A stretch of DNA of 64,000 nucleotides. Source: Octopus vulgaris (lineage: Eukaryota). Location: positions 20,088,001 to 20,152,000 of the forward strand of contig OX597819.1 of assembly GCA_951406725.2 (NCBI GenBank), written 5' to 3'. The notes under the pieces are model-generated. The model did not search any database. It was not told the origin of the DNA and saw only the letters and a program-made list of their open reading frames with translations. Both the position numbers and the translations under genes were made by a program. Positions 11,924 through 25,340 of the stretch are shown here, in pieces (position 1 is the stretch's first letter; every line of letters begins with the position of its first letter).

Positions 11924-13232
11924 CTGTATGTATGTGTGTGTGTATCTATAAAGTGTGTAGGATTCATTTTTATTGGGATGTTGCTAACAGTGAGTAAATA
12001 AGTAAATAAATAAATAAATCTATAAATAACACACTTTCATAAAATGTATTTTGTACTTTTTTCTAGAAATTTCCCATATTTTTCGTACGTCAGCGACACA
12101 AATATTGACGATATTTTATGGAAGGTTAATATGTGTATTACATTGTTTTTCCAAATATATTTATATTTAACGCATTAGTCACATCCTAGAGTTTTTGCAT
12201 CCGAAAAATTCCTTCCGAAGGCAGACGTCGATAAACAAACGTTCACGTGGATGTCAAACTGTTGTTCAAACAAGTAAAAGCATTTAGTTAAAACAAATCA
12301 GTCAGGAGTGGAAAAATATTGAGAATAATCAATAGATAAGCTTTCAAACTTTAATCCTCCATTATCTCAACCAGATTTATCATAGAAAACTTATCAGTCA
12401 CTGGCAATGCAAATAAACAAAAGAAGAAAAATGTTTTGGCTACATACTGGTCGTAGTCCTTTAAATTATATACTATCACAAACAGGACGGATACAGTCAC
12501 TTTTATCTTCTTGTGAAGACTATTTAGACATTATATGACATTACGTGTGTAAGATGTATAAATTATCATATTGAAAGAGATATACTTTCGAAGCCAATCT
12601 TGAAAACATTACTTATGCTTAAGACAGAATATATCTTCAAGGGTTTATCGGATTTTAATGAGATTTTCTATTCACAGAAGCAAAATCTTTTAAATGTTTT
12701 GTTATTTTTCATTTAATTTCTTCACACGTTATTGAGATTTTAGTTTTCAGTTTCAATCTATTGTAGTTTCTTGCTTTGTATCTTTGTATAGACATTTAAA
12801 TTAATTTTCAAAATGGAAAACATCAACGAGGCACCTTCAAATATGCAAACTAACACTTCTTATTGAGGAAATATTTTTGTTGATGTTTTGGTTCGTTATT
12901 GAAGATGTGTCTCTGTATAGAACGTATGCAAACGGTCATTGTGCATTTTTATCGAAAGTCAAACTAATCTCAAACGAAATAAAGTAAAAATGAATCACAT
13001 GGTGACCAAAGTAAATTTTCATATCCGACACACTATAGTGTTTACAATGTCCATATTGCATTTCGCTAGAGTTATTCTTTCGAACCCATTCAGTTAGTCT
13101 TTGAAACCTAGAATCGTCGCGAATCTATATTTAATTGCATAAAACGTGCTGTGAGATTGTGGGTTGGTTTATATTGTATCATAAACGAGAAACATTAGTC
13201 CCCATAATTATTTATATCAAAAGAGCAAATTA

Positions 13233-13670
13233 GGCGTAGGAGTGGCTGTGTGGTAAGTAGCTTGTTTACCAACCACATGGTTTCGGGTTCAATCCCACTG
13301 CGTGGCACCTTGGGCAAGTATCTTCTACTATAACTTCGGGCCGACCAAAGCCTTGTAAGTGGATTTGGTAGACGGAAACTGAAAGAAGCCTGTCGTATAT
13401 ATGTATATATATGTGTATATATATATGTATATATATATATATGCGTGTGTGTGTTTGTGTGTCTGTTTTTGTCCCCCTAGCATTGCTTGACAACCGATGC
13501 TGGTGTGTTTATGTCCCCGTTACTTAGCGGTTCGGCAAAAGAGACCGATAGAATAAGTACTGGGTTTACAAAAGTATAAGTCCCGGGGTCGAGTTGCTCG
13601 ATTAAAGGCGGTGCTCCAGCATGGCCGCGGTCAAATGACCGAAACAAGTAAAAGAGAAAAGAGTAAAGAG
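13233..13670 (+). mobile_element. tRNA-derived SINE family B (CORE-like accttgggcaagt motif, internal (TA)n(TG)n, (AAAGAGT)n tail)
   Basis: Box A tggctgtgtgg and box B-like gggttcaatccc. Matches the copies at 31204, 33418 and 49052. Confidence 0.92.
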
Positions 13671-14369
13671 TAATATTCATAGCGATTCTGACAGATATAG
13701 TAGCGAGTAAATAATGATGAGTCGTTGTTATTTTTCGTGTGTGATTGTGGTATTTGTCGCCACATCTTTCCTGTTCGATTACGTCGACGATCCGTATAAT
13801 TCCAGTTGTGATTCTATTGTACTCTTCGTCAAAAATACGTTGATATTGCACCCTGTACTTATTCACAACAGTAAAATACTTTACTGCATTTAACCTAATT
13901 TACTAATAGTTGGTTAAAATTTTAAATAGTCTTCGGGATGCAAATCGTTTGGTATGGTACACTTTGATGAGGATAGTACTTAGGGTCACGTTGTCCCATA
14001 TCGAGCAAATCTTTCATCAAATTCATTCAAGTCATTACTAATATTTCTTGGGTATTGCGTATCGTATATAGAAGGATATATGATCAAACGCTTTTCGTTT
14101 CCAACACTATTTGTTGACGTTGAAGGAAAATTCATTTCTGTCAGTTCAAAGAGGTTGGACGACCCCGGAGTACCATTGTCGCTGTACGATTAGCTTGTGT
14201 AACAAAATTTTTATTGTTGTTTGTATTTTGTCAGTAAGGGATTCTTCCTCAGTTTCTCTATCTAAATTTCGAAGGAAATGTTTAATATTCCCTTCAAACT
14301 TTGCTTTTGTGATCTGCACATCGATTATTGAAAACGACCTATTGTCCATTACATTCTGCGCTGAGTTGC

Positions 14370-14560
14370 TGAAGCAGAAATATCGTTATATCAAATATTC
14401 TACTCAATACTACATAATTGCATGTCACTTACTTGATCTTAACCAGTTGAGCATGTCCCTCGGTGTCTGACAGTATGTACATCTCTGATCATGAGCAGAA
14501 GTGGTGTGGGAGGTATCATTACCATGTGTTGAGAGGGATTCTTTCGAGTTTGGATAAATG
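14370..14560. repeat. Probable interspersed repeat fragment, unclassified
   Basis: The higher-GC block ccagttgagcatgtccc...catctctgatca.gagcagaagt...tgtgttgagagggattcttt resembles a cephalopod repeat I recall. It is single copy in this window. Confidence 0.3.
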
Positions 14561-15089
14561 TAGCAGAAGGAAACATTCACAGAAATACTAACCATTTTTC
14601 ATATATTCAAGTGGTAAGCAAACAGGAAATAACCGTTGCTACCCACAGACAGAAATCAGGTCACACAGCGTTTTGTGTGTAGTCAACGTTCCACACTATC
14701 AAAGGAATTGTGCAGCAACTGAAGAGAAATGCAGCTACATTTTAAAATTTCTAGATCAGTGGGATATACATTTTTTTAACTGGAATCAAACGTAATATTA
14801 TTATTTTTGTCTTCACCGGATGTATATCTTAGAAATGTCTAACTTAATTTCCGGTTATTCGTTAATTAATATGTTCCCATCAAATGCTTTGATTACATTT
14901 TTCTTTGTCTGTTAATTATTATGAAATGAATTCTATAAATCGGTCAGTTGAACAGTTCCAGACATGATTATAATTTAGTGGTGTGGGAGGATATATTACT
15001 GAAACGAAATGTTTTTAACTGCCTTTGGTGATGGTATTTCATAACTGGTACAATTCTGAAAATTCACACACACACACACACACACACAC

Positions 15090-15157
<68 letters not shown>

Positions 15158-15318
15158 TTTATCTAAAGCAGCAGAAAATTCAACAAAACCTGTTACTCTG
15201 AGTTTCCCGTTGCAGGTTTTCTTGAATTTTCTGCTGCTTTAAATAAAGCATATTACTCTACCACTGGTATTTGAGTACTATTTTTTCCACCTCGTTTCAC
15301 ATTTATGTGCTTACTCCG

Positions 15319-15320
<2 letters not shown>
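15158..15320. mobile_element. Short element with an inverted end, inserted in (TA)n (Penelope-type inverted terminus)
   Basis: tttatctaaagcagcagaaaattcaacaaaacctg (15158-15192) pairs with caggttttcttgaattttctgctgctttaaataaa (15213-15247). (TA)n lies on both sides. Confidence 0.7.
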
Positions 15321-15354
<34 letters not shown>

Positions 15355-16088
15355 TAATAGTTATTTAATTTTGCGATAGCCGTAATCGAGAAAATCTTTG
15401 AGAAAAAAACATTCAAGTCATGCGTATCCTGTCTTTATTCAGGCCGTGTACTTCGTCTCCATTTCTCGCAGATCGAGTGATTGCTTACTCACACTTTCCT
15501 TGGGGTACTTAACGTAGGTAGAAACGAAATGATCTTCATACATAAAATTTGTGCAGCAATACAAGTACAATTTATGATATTCACAAGCCGTAAGCGACAG
15601 AAATCAGCAGATAGTTGGATGATGTAATTGAAAAACGTTAAAAATGAGGTAAATTAGTTTCAACTAAGAAACAAAGCATTCAAACGCAGTTAATTTCGTA
15701 GGACTTTACATCTAGCCCTGAGTTATATACGGGGATAATATATATTGTTATCTATGTACAGACACTTAACTAAGTCGTTTAAATTTGTTGGAATTTGGCA
15801 TTGAGGGATTGGTTGTATTGAGTAAGTTTCAGCAGTGGTAATAAGAAGAAATATTTGAAGCCATTCAGGCATCCTCTAATTGATTGATACACCTGAAAGA
15901 ATTTATATCCACCTTATTTTCATATTATACGCAACTATCTTAAAATAAGTTAGATCGACTCATTGCATATTGTAGTGCCCTGAATAAAAGCAACTAAACC
16001 TATGTTGATCATAATTGAGATAATTTTATCCTTTTTTCATTCACAGATTTGCTCGATCAGGGCCGAATTGATAAACCACGCAAACAAT

Positions 16089-16325
16089 ATTTATTTCTGT
16101 ATTGCCCACAGAGGGGCTAAACATAGGGGGGAACAAACAAGGACACACGAAGGAATTGAATTAGTTATATCGACCCCAGTGCGTAACTGGTACTTATTTT
16201 ATCGACCTCGAAATGATGAAAGGCAAAGTCGGGCTCGGCGGAATTTGAACTCAGAACGCAACGGCAGATGAAATACGGCTAAGCATTTCGTTTGTCGTGC
16301 TAACGATTCTGCCAGCTCACCGCCT
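16089..16325 (-). mobile_element. tRNA-derived SINE family C (Meta-domain-like core)
   Basis: Reverse complement of ggcggtgagctggcagaa.cgttagcacg...ctgagttcaaattccgccgag..cgactttgcctttcat..ttcg.ggtcgataaaataagtaccag. Confidence 0.88.
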
Positions 16326-19300
16326 AACACAATATTCTCCCTTTCAGCTGGCAATCAAATGGTAGTTCGACGTGAGTTCACCTATATTGAAGTTAATAAC
16401 AATTTACAGAATAATATTTTTAGATTAGCGAAGAACATGTTTCACAAACTGCCATAACCACACTCTGCAATGCGTCCAGTGTCATCTGTCCTTTGTCTGT
16501 AGAATTTGCTTTATACGACATGCTTTGCTTGTTGTTTGGAGAGGTGTAATTATTTATCGATACTTAGGTAAAATGTATCCTGATACTTGGACAAGACAAC
16601 CTAATAAGTATAGAAAAGCTCCATAATATAATCACTGCACCAAATGTCGAAGTGGCTTTTGAAATTCCGTCATGCAATTCGTAATGCCCTCTTCCAGAAA
16701 TATTGTGTAAATTGGCGCGCAGAAGCCACACAACTTTCATGAAAACTCATGGCACTTGTTAGTCATGATTGGTCAAATGCACAATGTCAGGAATATAAAG
16801 AAAGAAAGACTTGATTCGAGTACCTGTTAGGGAACGTTTGCCAAATGGCTAAAGAAGAACAGGCATTTGACTGAAATCACCTGCTGAATTTAAAATACAA
16901 AAGCAATGACCAAAAACATGATGCATAACAACAACAAGATAATTGTTAACATTACAAAGAATGTATGAATAGAAATATAAATTAAGGCGTCCACCAATTG
17001 GAGATACACACCTCCAAAAAGATACCATTGAAAAACACGCATTTACTCGGAAAGAAGTTGTGAAGCGAACAGACGATTGATATAATCGCAACGGTTGGCC
17101 TTGTAACAAAATTTGAAACCAATAAAGTCACATTCAGGATTATAAACGAAGTCGTAGTACTGCTGTTGCTTTTGTTATTGCGTCTGTTGTTCGATCAGTT
17201 GTTTAGGGCAGGATTTTGGCGGTGATACTGTAAATCACAACATCACAACTTTGCCTATCTCATCTTTTAGCAAAAGTCTTTCTAGAAAGAACATTATATG
17301 TATGCATCGTATGCGTGCGCATTTCTCTGAGTATGCGTGTGTTTATGTGCGCCTCTTAAAGATAAGAGGCTTTAAGGTATCATAAGATATATACTATACA
17401 TAAATATAAAGTGTGAGCCTTTGTGTAATATACATATATGCACACACGTACGTACATTCGAGTGTGGTGAGAAAATAATATAAAGTGTATGTTCGTGTCT
17501 GTATGTGAGTGTGTGAGTGTATGTATATGTATGTAGAGGCAATTAAATACAGATTCATGTGTATGTAGGAGTATGTATATTCCTCTCCACTGTAGTATAT
17601 GTAAAATGGTGTATGTTATGTATTTGCAAACGCGTTAGTGGGTACGTGTGTACGGCGTATCTGTATCTGCATTATGTGTGTATATATGTGCGTTCAGGTC
17701 TTTGTGTTTTACCAACAAACTTAAACATAACATTGAATGTATCCAATTGCTGCTAGAGTTAAGAAAGTAATAGCCCAATTTCAGAAACATCAATTTCCGT
17801 TTAGGGCAGATTGATTTCCGCTCAATGAAAGCTTTCCCAATTTTAACACATTGGATATTAAGCGGTCAATCTGCTATGTTTCGCCATTACTTTTCTCTCA
17901 TTACATTCCTAAGGTTTAAGATGTCTTTATTTAGAGTTGTATTACAAGTTTTACTTTAGCCTAACATACTTTATTTTACAAGTCTATTCTATCTTTCTTT
18001 TTGTGTATTTATACGAGTGTGTATGAATACCTATACAAATCACATTTCGGTTTAGATTCCGATACATTGGTATTTCGTAGCCTCTATGTGAAATTTAATG
18101 GTTCCCTTGGGCTAAATACTGAAGTTTTCCAATTTGACACAAATCAACTGGAAATTAATTATTATAGAACGAATCACGTAGTAAAAGACTGGCGATCACA
18201 ATGTTTAATGATTTGTTTTTATCGTTAAAATGGTTCCGAATAATTTAGCTTAGTTGATTGATCGTTTACAATTGGTTAGGAGCCGGTCGTTATTGATAAT
18301 TGTAGATGTCTGTGGTAATATCGATTCAGGACCATTGCAAATGCGTTCACATCCCGACAGAAATTGGATGATTCTACTTCCAACCGACCCTGCGAGATAC
18401 CCTTTCCCGTTAGAGTCCTACACTCAATATCGTGACTTAGAAAAATGGCACTGCATTGTGGCCAGGTAATTTACTTTACTTCCAATGATTCAGTAACAGA
18501 AAAATGGTAAGGTCTATATCATTTACGGGTGAAAAATATAGGACGAACATGTTTGCTTCATCATGAAGCACTACCTTACAATATCAATTTATCGGATTAC
18601 ATCTGTGAGGGTCTGCAACATATCGATACTTTTGAATCACCCAAACATGAGATACTTGTGTTTATCCGAGAAATAAGTTACCAATCCACCCATAGCGGAC
18701 AGGGTGTTATTGTGAAGGCCATACATAAAGGTTATAAGGTTATCTTTAGCTGGTACTCTTAGGTTAATATTTCACTAATTATGATCCTCTGCCGAAATGA
18801 GTGAAGTTCTCACATGTGAAATAAAGTATAGAAATATCACTTGAATCCTAATATATCCCCCCCCTAAGATAGCGTGCAAGCCAATTCTATATCAGTTTGA
18901 CAGTCTTTGCCATTCATCCAGTTATTAGAATATCGTTATCTTTAGAAAACAGCGATTTGTTGATAATTGTGTACATGAACATGTGTAGAACTGCTCTGAT
19001 TACCCAGGCCGTTTTTGCAGTTATATACTAAGCTAAGTTTAGCTTTGATCCACCAGGCACCCAGTCAGAAATATCTGAACTTGAACCATCGTATTCCTTT
19101 TTAGGTTACATATACTCACAATACAAACGGACCGCTTATTCAAGAGCACAGGCTGTGATTTGAAGGATGTTTTATTGCTATTTCTATGGAGGTGCAACTA
19201 TGTTATTTCTACATAGACGTGTAAGTATCAAGGGATACATATTTGGCTCAAATAACATTAGTTGTATCTCAGCATCCAACAACTCTAAAACAAGACAATA

Positions 19301-20243
19301 TTCATTGTTTATTTGTTTATTTCACATACCACATAACAAACTAACCCATTTTACAGTTGATCCTTGATACTTCTAATATATATTGAGAGTATAAATTTGG
19401 GGATGCACAGCCCCGTTTCATCCCCTCTTCTTTTGTCCAACATTTTGTAGCAATATTCCGCCCCATCATTGATATCAACTCATAGTGGTTAATTTATAAT
19501 TATTCAGCTTATTGGTGTTAACCCTCGTCATAAACCTCTAATTAAAATTTCGTAATTCATCTCAATAGGGAGTACAGGATGGTAGGTTTAAATGCTGGCT
19601 AACGTCATGAGTGAACTAAAAAGGATAATTCATGTGAATTTACAACTTTAATCAGCAGGCGAGTAATTAGACTTAATGAGAGGATAATGATCACTCTGAA
19701 GAGAGAGCATACTATTTTCAATAAATTAAGATTTGCAAGTAGAATAAGTAGACGTAAGTAGAATAATCTACTGGGGGATATGCCGATTATAAATAATTTC
19801 ATGAATTAATATGATGCAAACAGTAAGTGGAATTCGCTGTGGGGCGAGCGGAGAAGATTTTTTACATGAGAACTCTCGTCAAGACCAGTTAATCTTTGAC
19901 AGTCTAAGGGAACCGGGCTCACCTGAATTATAATTCTAAGTTGGTCTCATGATATTTTCCAACATCAATTTACACGTGGGTCCCGGGAATGTATCGTTTA
20001 TCTAAAGGTGATCGTTTATCCATAAACTGAATAGGGTACAGTTTGGCACGAAGACCACTGAAAGAACTTGCACTTTGGTTCCATTTCAATCTAGCTTTTC
20101 CTATGACTGTTCATTGTTTGGCAGATTGCAGACCTTAATTTCATCTCCATTAATCTATAGCCACTTTGAACTCTTCTCGTATATATCTGACATCCTTTCA
20201 TTTTTGCTGCTATTTTGCGGCACTTAATTCAGTGTTGACTTAC

Positions 20244-20302
<59 letters not shown>

Positions 20303-20344
20303 CAATTTAATACACAACCAAACAGTTGCAAAGTGTTTCATAAT

Positions 20345-20600
20345 TTTATGACACTTTAATTTGACATATTAAAAAAATACTCAATGTATCTCTAAGGAAT
20401 CTTTCAGGCTTGGAAATTGTTTCAGACCTTTCTTCGAAGGTAATCACTGGTGATCAAAGCTGGTGCTACGAAATTTGCAGATATGGAAGAGATGAAGAAG
20501 GAAACGACAGAGGAGTTAAAAGGCATCACTTCGGAAGAATTCCAGCACTGCTTCGAATAGTGGAGAACGCGCCTTGGCCTATATAGATAGGGGCAGCAGA
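20345..20600 (+). mobile_element. Mariner (Tc1/mariner) transposase remnant, internally deleted
   Basis: DLSSKVITGDQSWCY (first catalytic D motif TGDE.W) is joined by a frameshift/deletion to FADMEEMKKETTEELKGITSEEFQHCFE*WRTRL, a mariner C-terminus. Confidence 0.65.
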
Positions 20601-20664
20601 TTTCATCTCCCTCTTTCACTAAAATCCAGTCACTTGAAATTAGTCATTGAAAGGTTTATTATAC

Positions 20665-20712
20665 AGGCGGTGCCCCAGCATGACCACAGCCTTAGGGTTG
20701 AAAGGTATAAAG
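20665..20712 (+). mobile_element. 3' fragment of SINE family B or its partner LINE tail
   Basis: aggcggtgccccagcatgaccacag matches the family B 3' end ggcggtgctccagcatggccgcag. Confidence 0.55.
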
Positions 20713-20829
20713 AAACGGTTCTGGATTTAAACGGACGACTTTTGATCACCTTGTTTACATTTCATTGTTCCAACATTACTTCGTTACATTCCGAAGCTTA
20801 GACAGTCCCATGAGAGGATTACATCGAAC

Positions 20830-21800
20830 GCAACTGGATATCGACTGGACTTAGACTTCAGTTACAATTTCAGTGATAGCGTTAATCTCTCAGACCACAA
20901 CTTGTTAAACAGTTAATAATAAAAGACATGATTACTCAAGAGAAATCTCTTTGAACATTCATTATTTGCAATAGCTGAAGCACAGAAATCCATAGGCTTC
21001 GGAGAAGCAGGCATTAATGTTTAGGTTAACGAATCTGATGTCTAAGGAGCAATCAATAGTTGTAACGAAACTAGACAATTACAGCTAAGAACCTAATGTT
21101 CTATTCAATTGACTTGAAGAAATCAACATATAATTTATTGCTGACACTCTTCAAGCAAAATGCTATTAGTATTCAATGTTAATTACATAATTACAACTTC
21201 GATGCTTTTATAATAATAGAAGCCAAAGGCGTAAAGACAGCGACCAGAAAGTTTTATTCCAGGGCTTCCGTAATTGTGGCAGAAAGAGAGGAAAATGTCT
21301 CCAGATGTGACACCAGGACTAAATAATTACGAAGTACAAGACTTCTCTCCGCTAAAGGCACTCAAGAACCAGGTGTTGGTGCCAGATTAGTTGTCAGGTT
21401 AGGTCTTTTATCCTATCCATTAATATTCGAAATATATTTGAATGACTTCTCATACGAAGGGTCAACGCGATTTCCTATGCAAGAATTAAGTGAAGATTCG
21501 GCTATAGTAGAATTTAATTAACCACGTTTTCACATACAATCTGATCTGTCGAGCAATTTAAAAGAAGACATGATTGGTGATGAGAACTGACTTTTGAAGG
21601 TGCATGGAACCAAAGACTATCAATGTGGATATCTTAACAAGACTACATCTGTGCTCTGTTTTTTAAGAATAACTGAAGTCCTAGATTTAAGAACTCTGTT
21701 AAACGTAAGCAATAAAGTTATAACAATTGTAGCGGTTTGCATGAGGTTTCTGCAGGAAAACAAACGATTGATTATTGTGTATTTCAGATCGATGCATTTC
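20830..21800 (+). mobile_element. Decayed non-LTR retrotransposon ORF2 (RT domain)
   Basis: Motif remnants appear in the correct order: GF..(20995), SIDLKK (~21105; cf. FIDLKKAFD) and VVRLGLLSYPLIFEIYLNDF (~21390-21448; cf. GVRQG.LSP.LF.IYLND). Many stops and frameshifts. Confidence 0.5.
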
Positions 21801-23980
21801 ACAATTATTATTCTTTAATCATTTTTCGTTGATGAACGGTCAACCGGATCAAAGTGACTCAAGCTACAATTAACTGTATTAAAGCTAGAGTCACCAGAGA
21901 CTTTTTTTTCTGCTAACTTGTATACACGTTCGCATTATTCAATTTGTATTTTTATCTCAAAACAGAAAACTTTCGTTGAAGATGTTTTGGCGAATATGTC
22001 ACAAATACCCAGTAACCAAATAACATAATTCTATTTCTATATCATAAATTCTTCTAAAACTAAGTTACCGAAACGACAGAGGTTGATTTATATTTACAAT
22101 GTTCTTTCAAAAATATTATTGGTCCTATAGAACCTCAGCGAAAAGAGGCGTCACGTTTACTCTCTGGAAACGTTGTGCAACGCATTATGAATATGCAATA
22201 AACGCTACTTAATGCTGGAAAAATCGTTAACTACTTAGATTGGCATAAAGACAAATATTTCGGAATGAATTCATCCAATCACTCAAAATGAAATTGACAC
22301 GGTATTTTTCGTCACTCCTAAATATTAAATACAATTTTGATTTCAAGGAAATTTTAATTCTGATTGTAGCGAGGCGTAAAGATATTTTGTTATGATATCC
22401 GACACGTTAGTGAATTTGCTAATTCATACACAAGTAAATGAAATTCATACACAAATAAAGTGAAATATCAACTAAATGATATTTTATGCAATAGGATTTT
22501 GAAAAACTTACTTTTTACACTGGAACCTGAAGTGGAGAAATTCATAAATATTTGTATATAGAATATTGGGTTAAAAGAAGAATTTCAATGAAAAACGCAT
22601 TATTGAATTTTCAGTGTAAAAAATAGTGACTACAGCAATCTGTAAGATTTAAATATTAAAGATTAAATCCAATTATTTTGACTTAAAAATAGAAACAAAA
22701 ACACTTAACGGAATATATGGATACTCACTGTTAGGTTCCGAAATAAATTTAGTTTTTAAAATTGCTGTAAAGCGACAAGCGAAGTAAATACCTGGTGACC
22801 AGATATCAATGGAAATCACAGAATTGAATGTCTACGGAAACCGGATACAAGAAAATCGTCCGAGGAAAACATATTGTTCAACGAAGTGAACAGGGAAACA
22901 GTATGACAAATCTGCGGTACCGGATGTTATCATTGAAAGAACAGAAAACTACAAAATAAAAAAAGCTTTAGCGACATCAGAGAGAAATGACGCATAGTAT
23001 GATATAACAGCGATAAAAATAACAGTGTTGAGAAGCAGGATATAAGGAAAAAATGCTGACGAATAGAAACAACGTTTTCTTCATAAACACGGAAAGTAAC
23101 ATTACAAAGAAGCCATTTTGGACATACCAACGTGGAAATGGAAAAGAAAGCCACACCTAGATAGACAAATGTTATCTAGAGCTTAAAATATAAATATTTG
23201 GTATTATTTCCGAAACTGTAACCGTCTTGCCCATGAACCGCCTTTCTTAAACGAAAGATTATGAATCGAAGATTTTAAATGTTGACGGATATGCAAATTA
23301 AGCTAAAATGGAGGTTTGTTTTATAGGTTCTGTCGTTCATTTTGTATGCTATATTTTCATCTTTTTGAATTTCGAAAATTTCTACAGTATTCTACTTCCA
23401 AACTGAAAGAGGCTGACATTTCAGGTGTTCGCTGAATTTTACTCACTTCGGATGAAGAAGCTTCGGTATCGGCACATTTAATTTCTTTAAATGACAGAAA
23501 TGATGTAACAGTAGGTTATTAATGCTAGTTGGAAATATTTATGATAAGCACTATCGTATTACAGCAGGATAACATAATTAATAAGCAACAAATAAGTCAC
23601 ATTAAGCTTTTAAACGAATGGTTTAACGCCATACTGAATCCCTTATCAAATGTCATTCCTGGAGGAATAAAAGACTGTAATGAAGTGAAATATAATTGAT
23701 GACAACATTTTAAGAATGGTAAGTATTGTAATGATTTCTAAAACGAGATTGAGTTCACATACAGAGGAGAGGAATATGTCTAATTATAATCGTGGTTTCT
23801 CTGGAAAATCGTCATACATTATTTGCAGCCAAAGCCGATAGCAGTGGATTTTAAATTCAAAACGTGATGATCCACTATATATATATAAATATATAAAGTT
23901 AATCCAAACAAGAAAACACAGAAAAAAAAGAGAAAAAAAGAGAAAAAAAACACAGCAACGCAGGACGTGGAAATATATAA

Positions 23981-24051
<71 letters not shown>

Positions 24052-24077
24052 TGTGTGTGTGTGTGTGTGTATGTATC

Positions 24078-24244
24078 GGAGGCGTGGCTGTGGGATATGG
24101 TAAAAAGGTTGCTTCTCAACCATATGGTTCCGGATTCACTCCCACTGCGTGGCATCTTCGGCAAATGTTTTCTGCTATAGCCTCGAGTCCACCAAAGACT
24201 TGTACGTGGATTTGACAAAAGGAAACATAAAGAAGAGCCCGTCG

Positions 24245-24250
<6 letters not shown>
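24078..24250 (+). mobile_element. SINE family B 5' half, ending in (TA)n
   Basis: ggcgtggctgtgggatatggtaaaaag...aagaagagcccgtcgtata matches the family B head. Confidence 0.8.
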
Positions 24251-24295
<45 letters not shown>

Positions 24296-24298
<3 letters not shown>

Positions 24299-24715
24299 CG
24301 AAATAAGCAACATGATATCAAGAAGTGATGACGTGAGACCGTTTCAAGCGGCCCCATTTAATTGAACAATGCAATCATCACATCAATTTAAATGCATGCC
24401 TATACACATGATATCCAGTAGCTTATTTTGATTCTATTCACCTTACTTTGAGTTGTACGGACAACACTGCACTCATTTGGTTCTTATACGTAGGTACCTA
24501 AAAGATATACCTCTCTATCTATCTAATATATATACAATTAGATAAAAATCCAAGACCGTGAAAGAGTTCAGAACATTTATAAATAGAAGTTCTTACAGTG
24601 CTTTCCAGGATATTTTAGGTATCCCTTCATATGACACGGTGTGAGAAAATGGTTAAACAATAATCAGGACTCCTCATTTGCATAATCACCGAACCAGGAG
24701 CTTAACTATAGTCTA
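24296..24715 (-). mobile_element. Decayed Penelope-like terminal repeat region with two degenerate hammerhead remnants
   Basis: Minus strand has UGAU-GUGAUGA...GAAACG gucuca CGUC-AUCA (24385-24326) and cAUAUGA-AGGGAUA ccuaaaa UAUCC-UG-GAAAGCACUGUA (24636-24591). Flanked by (TA)n. Confidence 0.4.
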
Positions 24716-24833
24716 TCTATAGCACTTACGCAGCATTATCTGTCCTCTTTGGGTCTTATTGACACAATTACCTCTCATAACCTCTCTCTCTCTCTCTCTC
24801 TCTCTGCATATATACATACATACATACACACAT

Positions 24834-24904
<71 letters not shown>

Positions 24905-24984
24905 CATATATATATATAGACACATACTTATATATACGTATGTTTAAATGTATGTTTAGATTTTTATATTTCTACATATATATA

Positions 24985-25340
24985 TTGTTAAATATAGGGG
25001 GTTGCCTTCTATTGAAAATAGGCAGAACCTTTCAGAAACAAAGCTATGTAATGGCACAAGAGCTGAAGAAATAAACAGGAAATGTTATAGATGTCACAAT
25101 AATTTCTGTTTCTGAAAAGCCGAAGTTGTTCTTTATTGCTCACCTTTAATACTAGCCAATATGCCCTTCGAGTTCAAAGAACTTCACTTTCCAACACGTG
25201 TCTTTTTCAATGTTTTTCGCACGCTTTGTCATATGTTGGGGCTTACAGAGAGGGGAGCAACAATGATCGTTTCATTTTCGACCCTACATGTAGAACACGA
25301 AAAATTGTCTAGAAGGAAGTTTTGGCATGGGATCAACAAA
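24985..25340 (+). mobile_element. Helitron Rep/Hel (PIF1-family helicase) C-terminal remnant
   Basis: [13 protein letters not shown]..(K..GNVIDVTII)..PLILANMPFEFKELHFPTRV matches the Helitron helicase consensus RNL...LCNGTRL...NVI.A.I...IP.IP.D.PF.FKRLQFP.R. Frameshifted. Confidence 0.75.

Noticed and set aside
13700-14350. Possible Penelope RT remnant (SFSIIDVQITK), and similarly at 17900-18750 (KGISQG, LNFT)
   Set aside because: The motif matches are too weak by eye to call without a profile search.
19470-20150. Possible decayed CR1 RT (also 30590-30750 on the minus strand)
   Set aside because: Only faint SGVPQG-like and KL..KL-like traces; insufficient support.
22800-23720. Purine-rich, coding-like stretch with splice-like signals
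   Set aside because: Multiple stops in the frames I translated and no recognisable homology.
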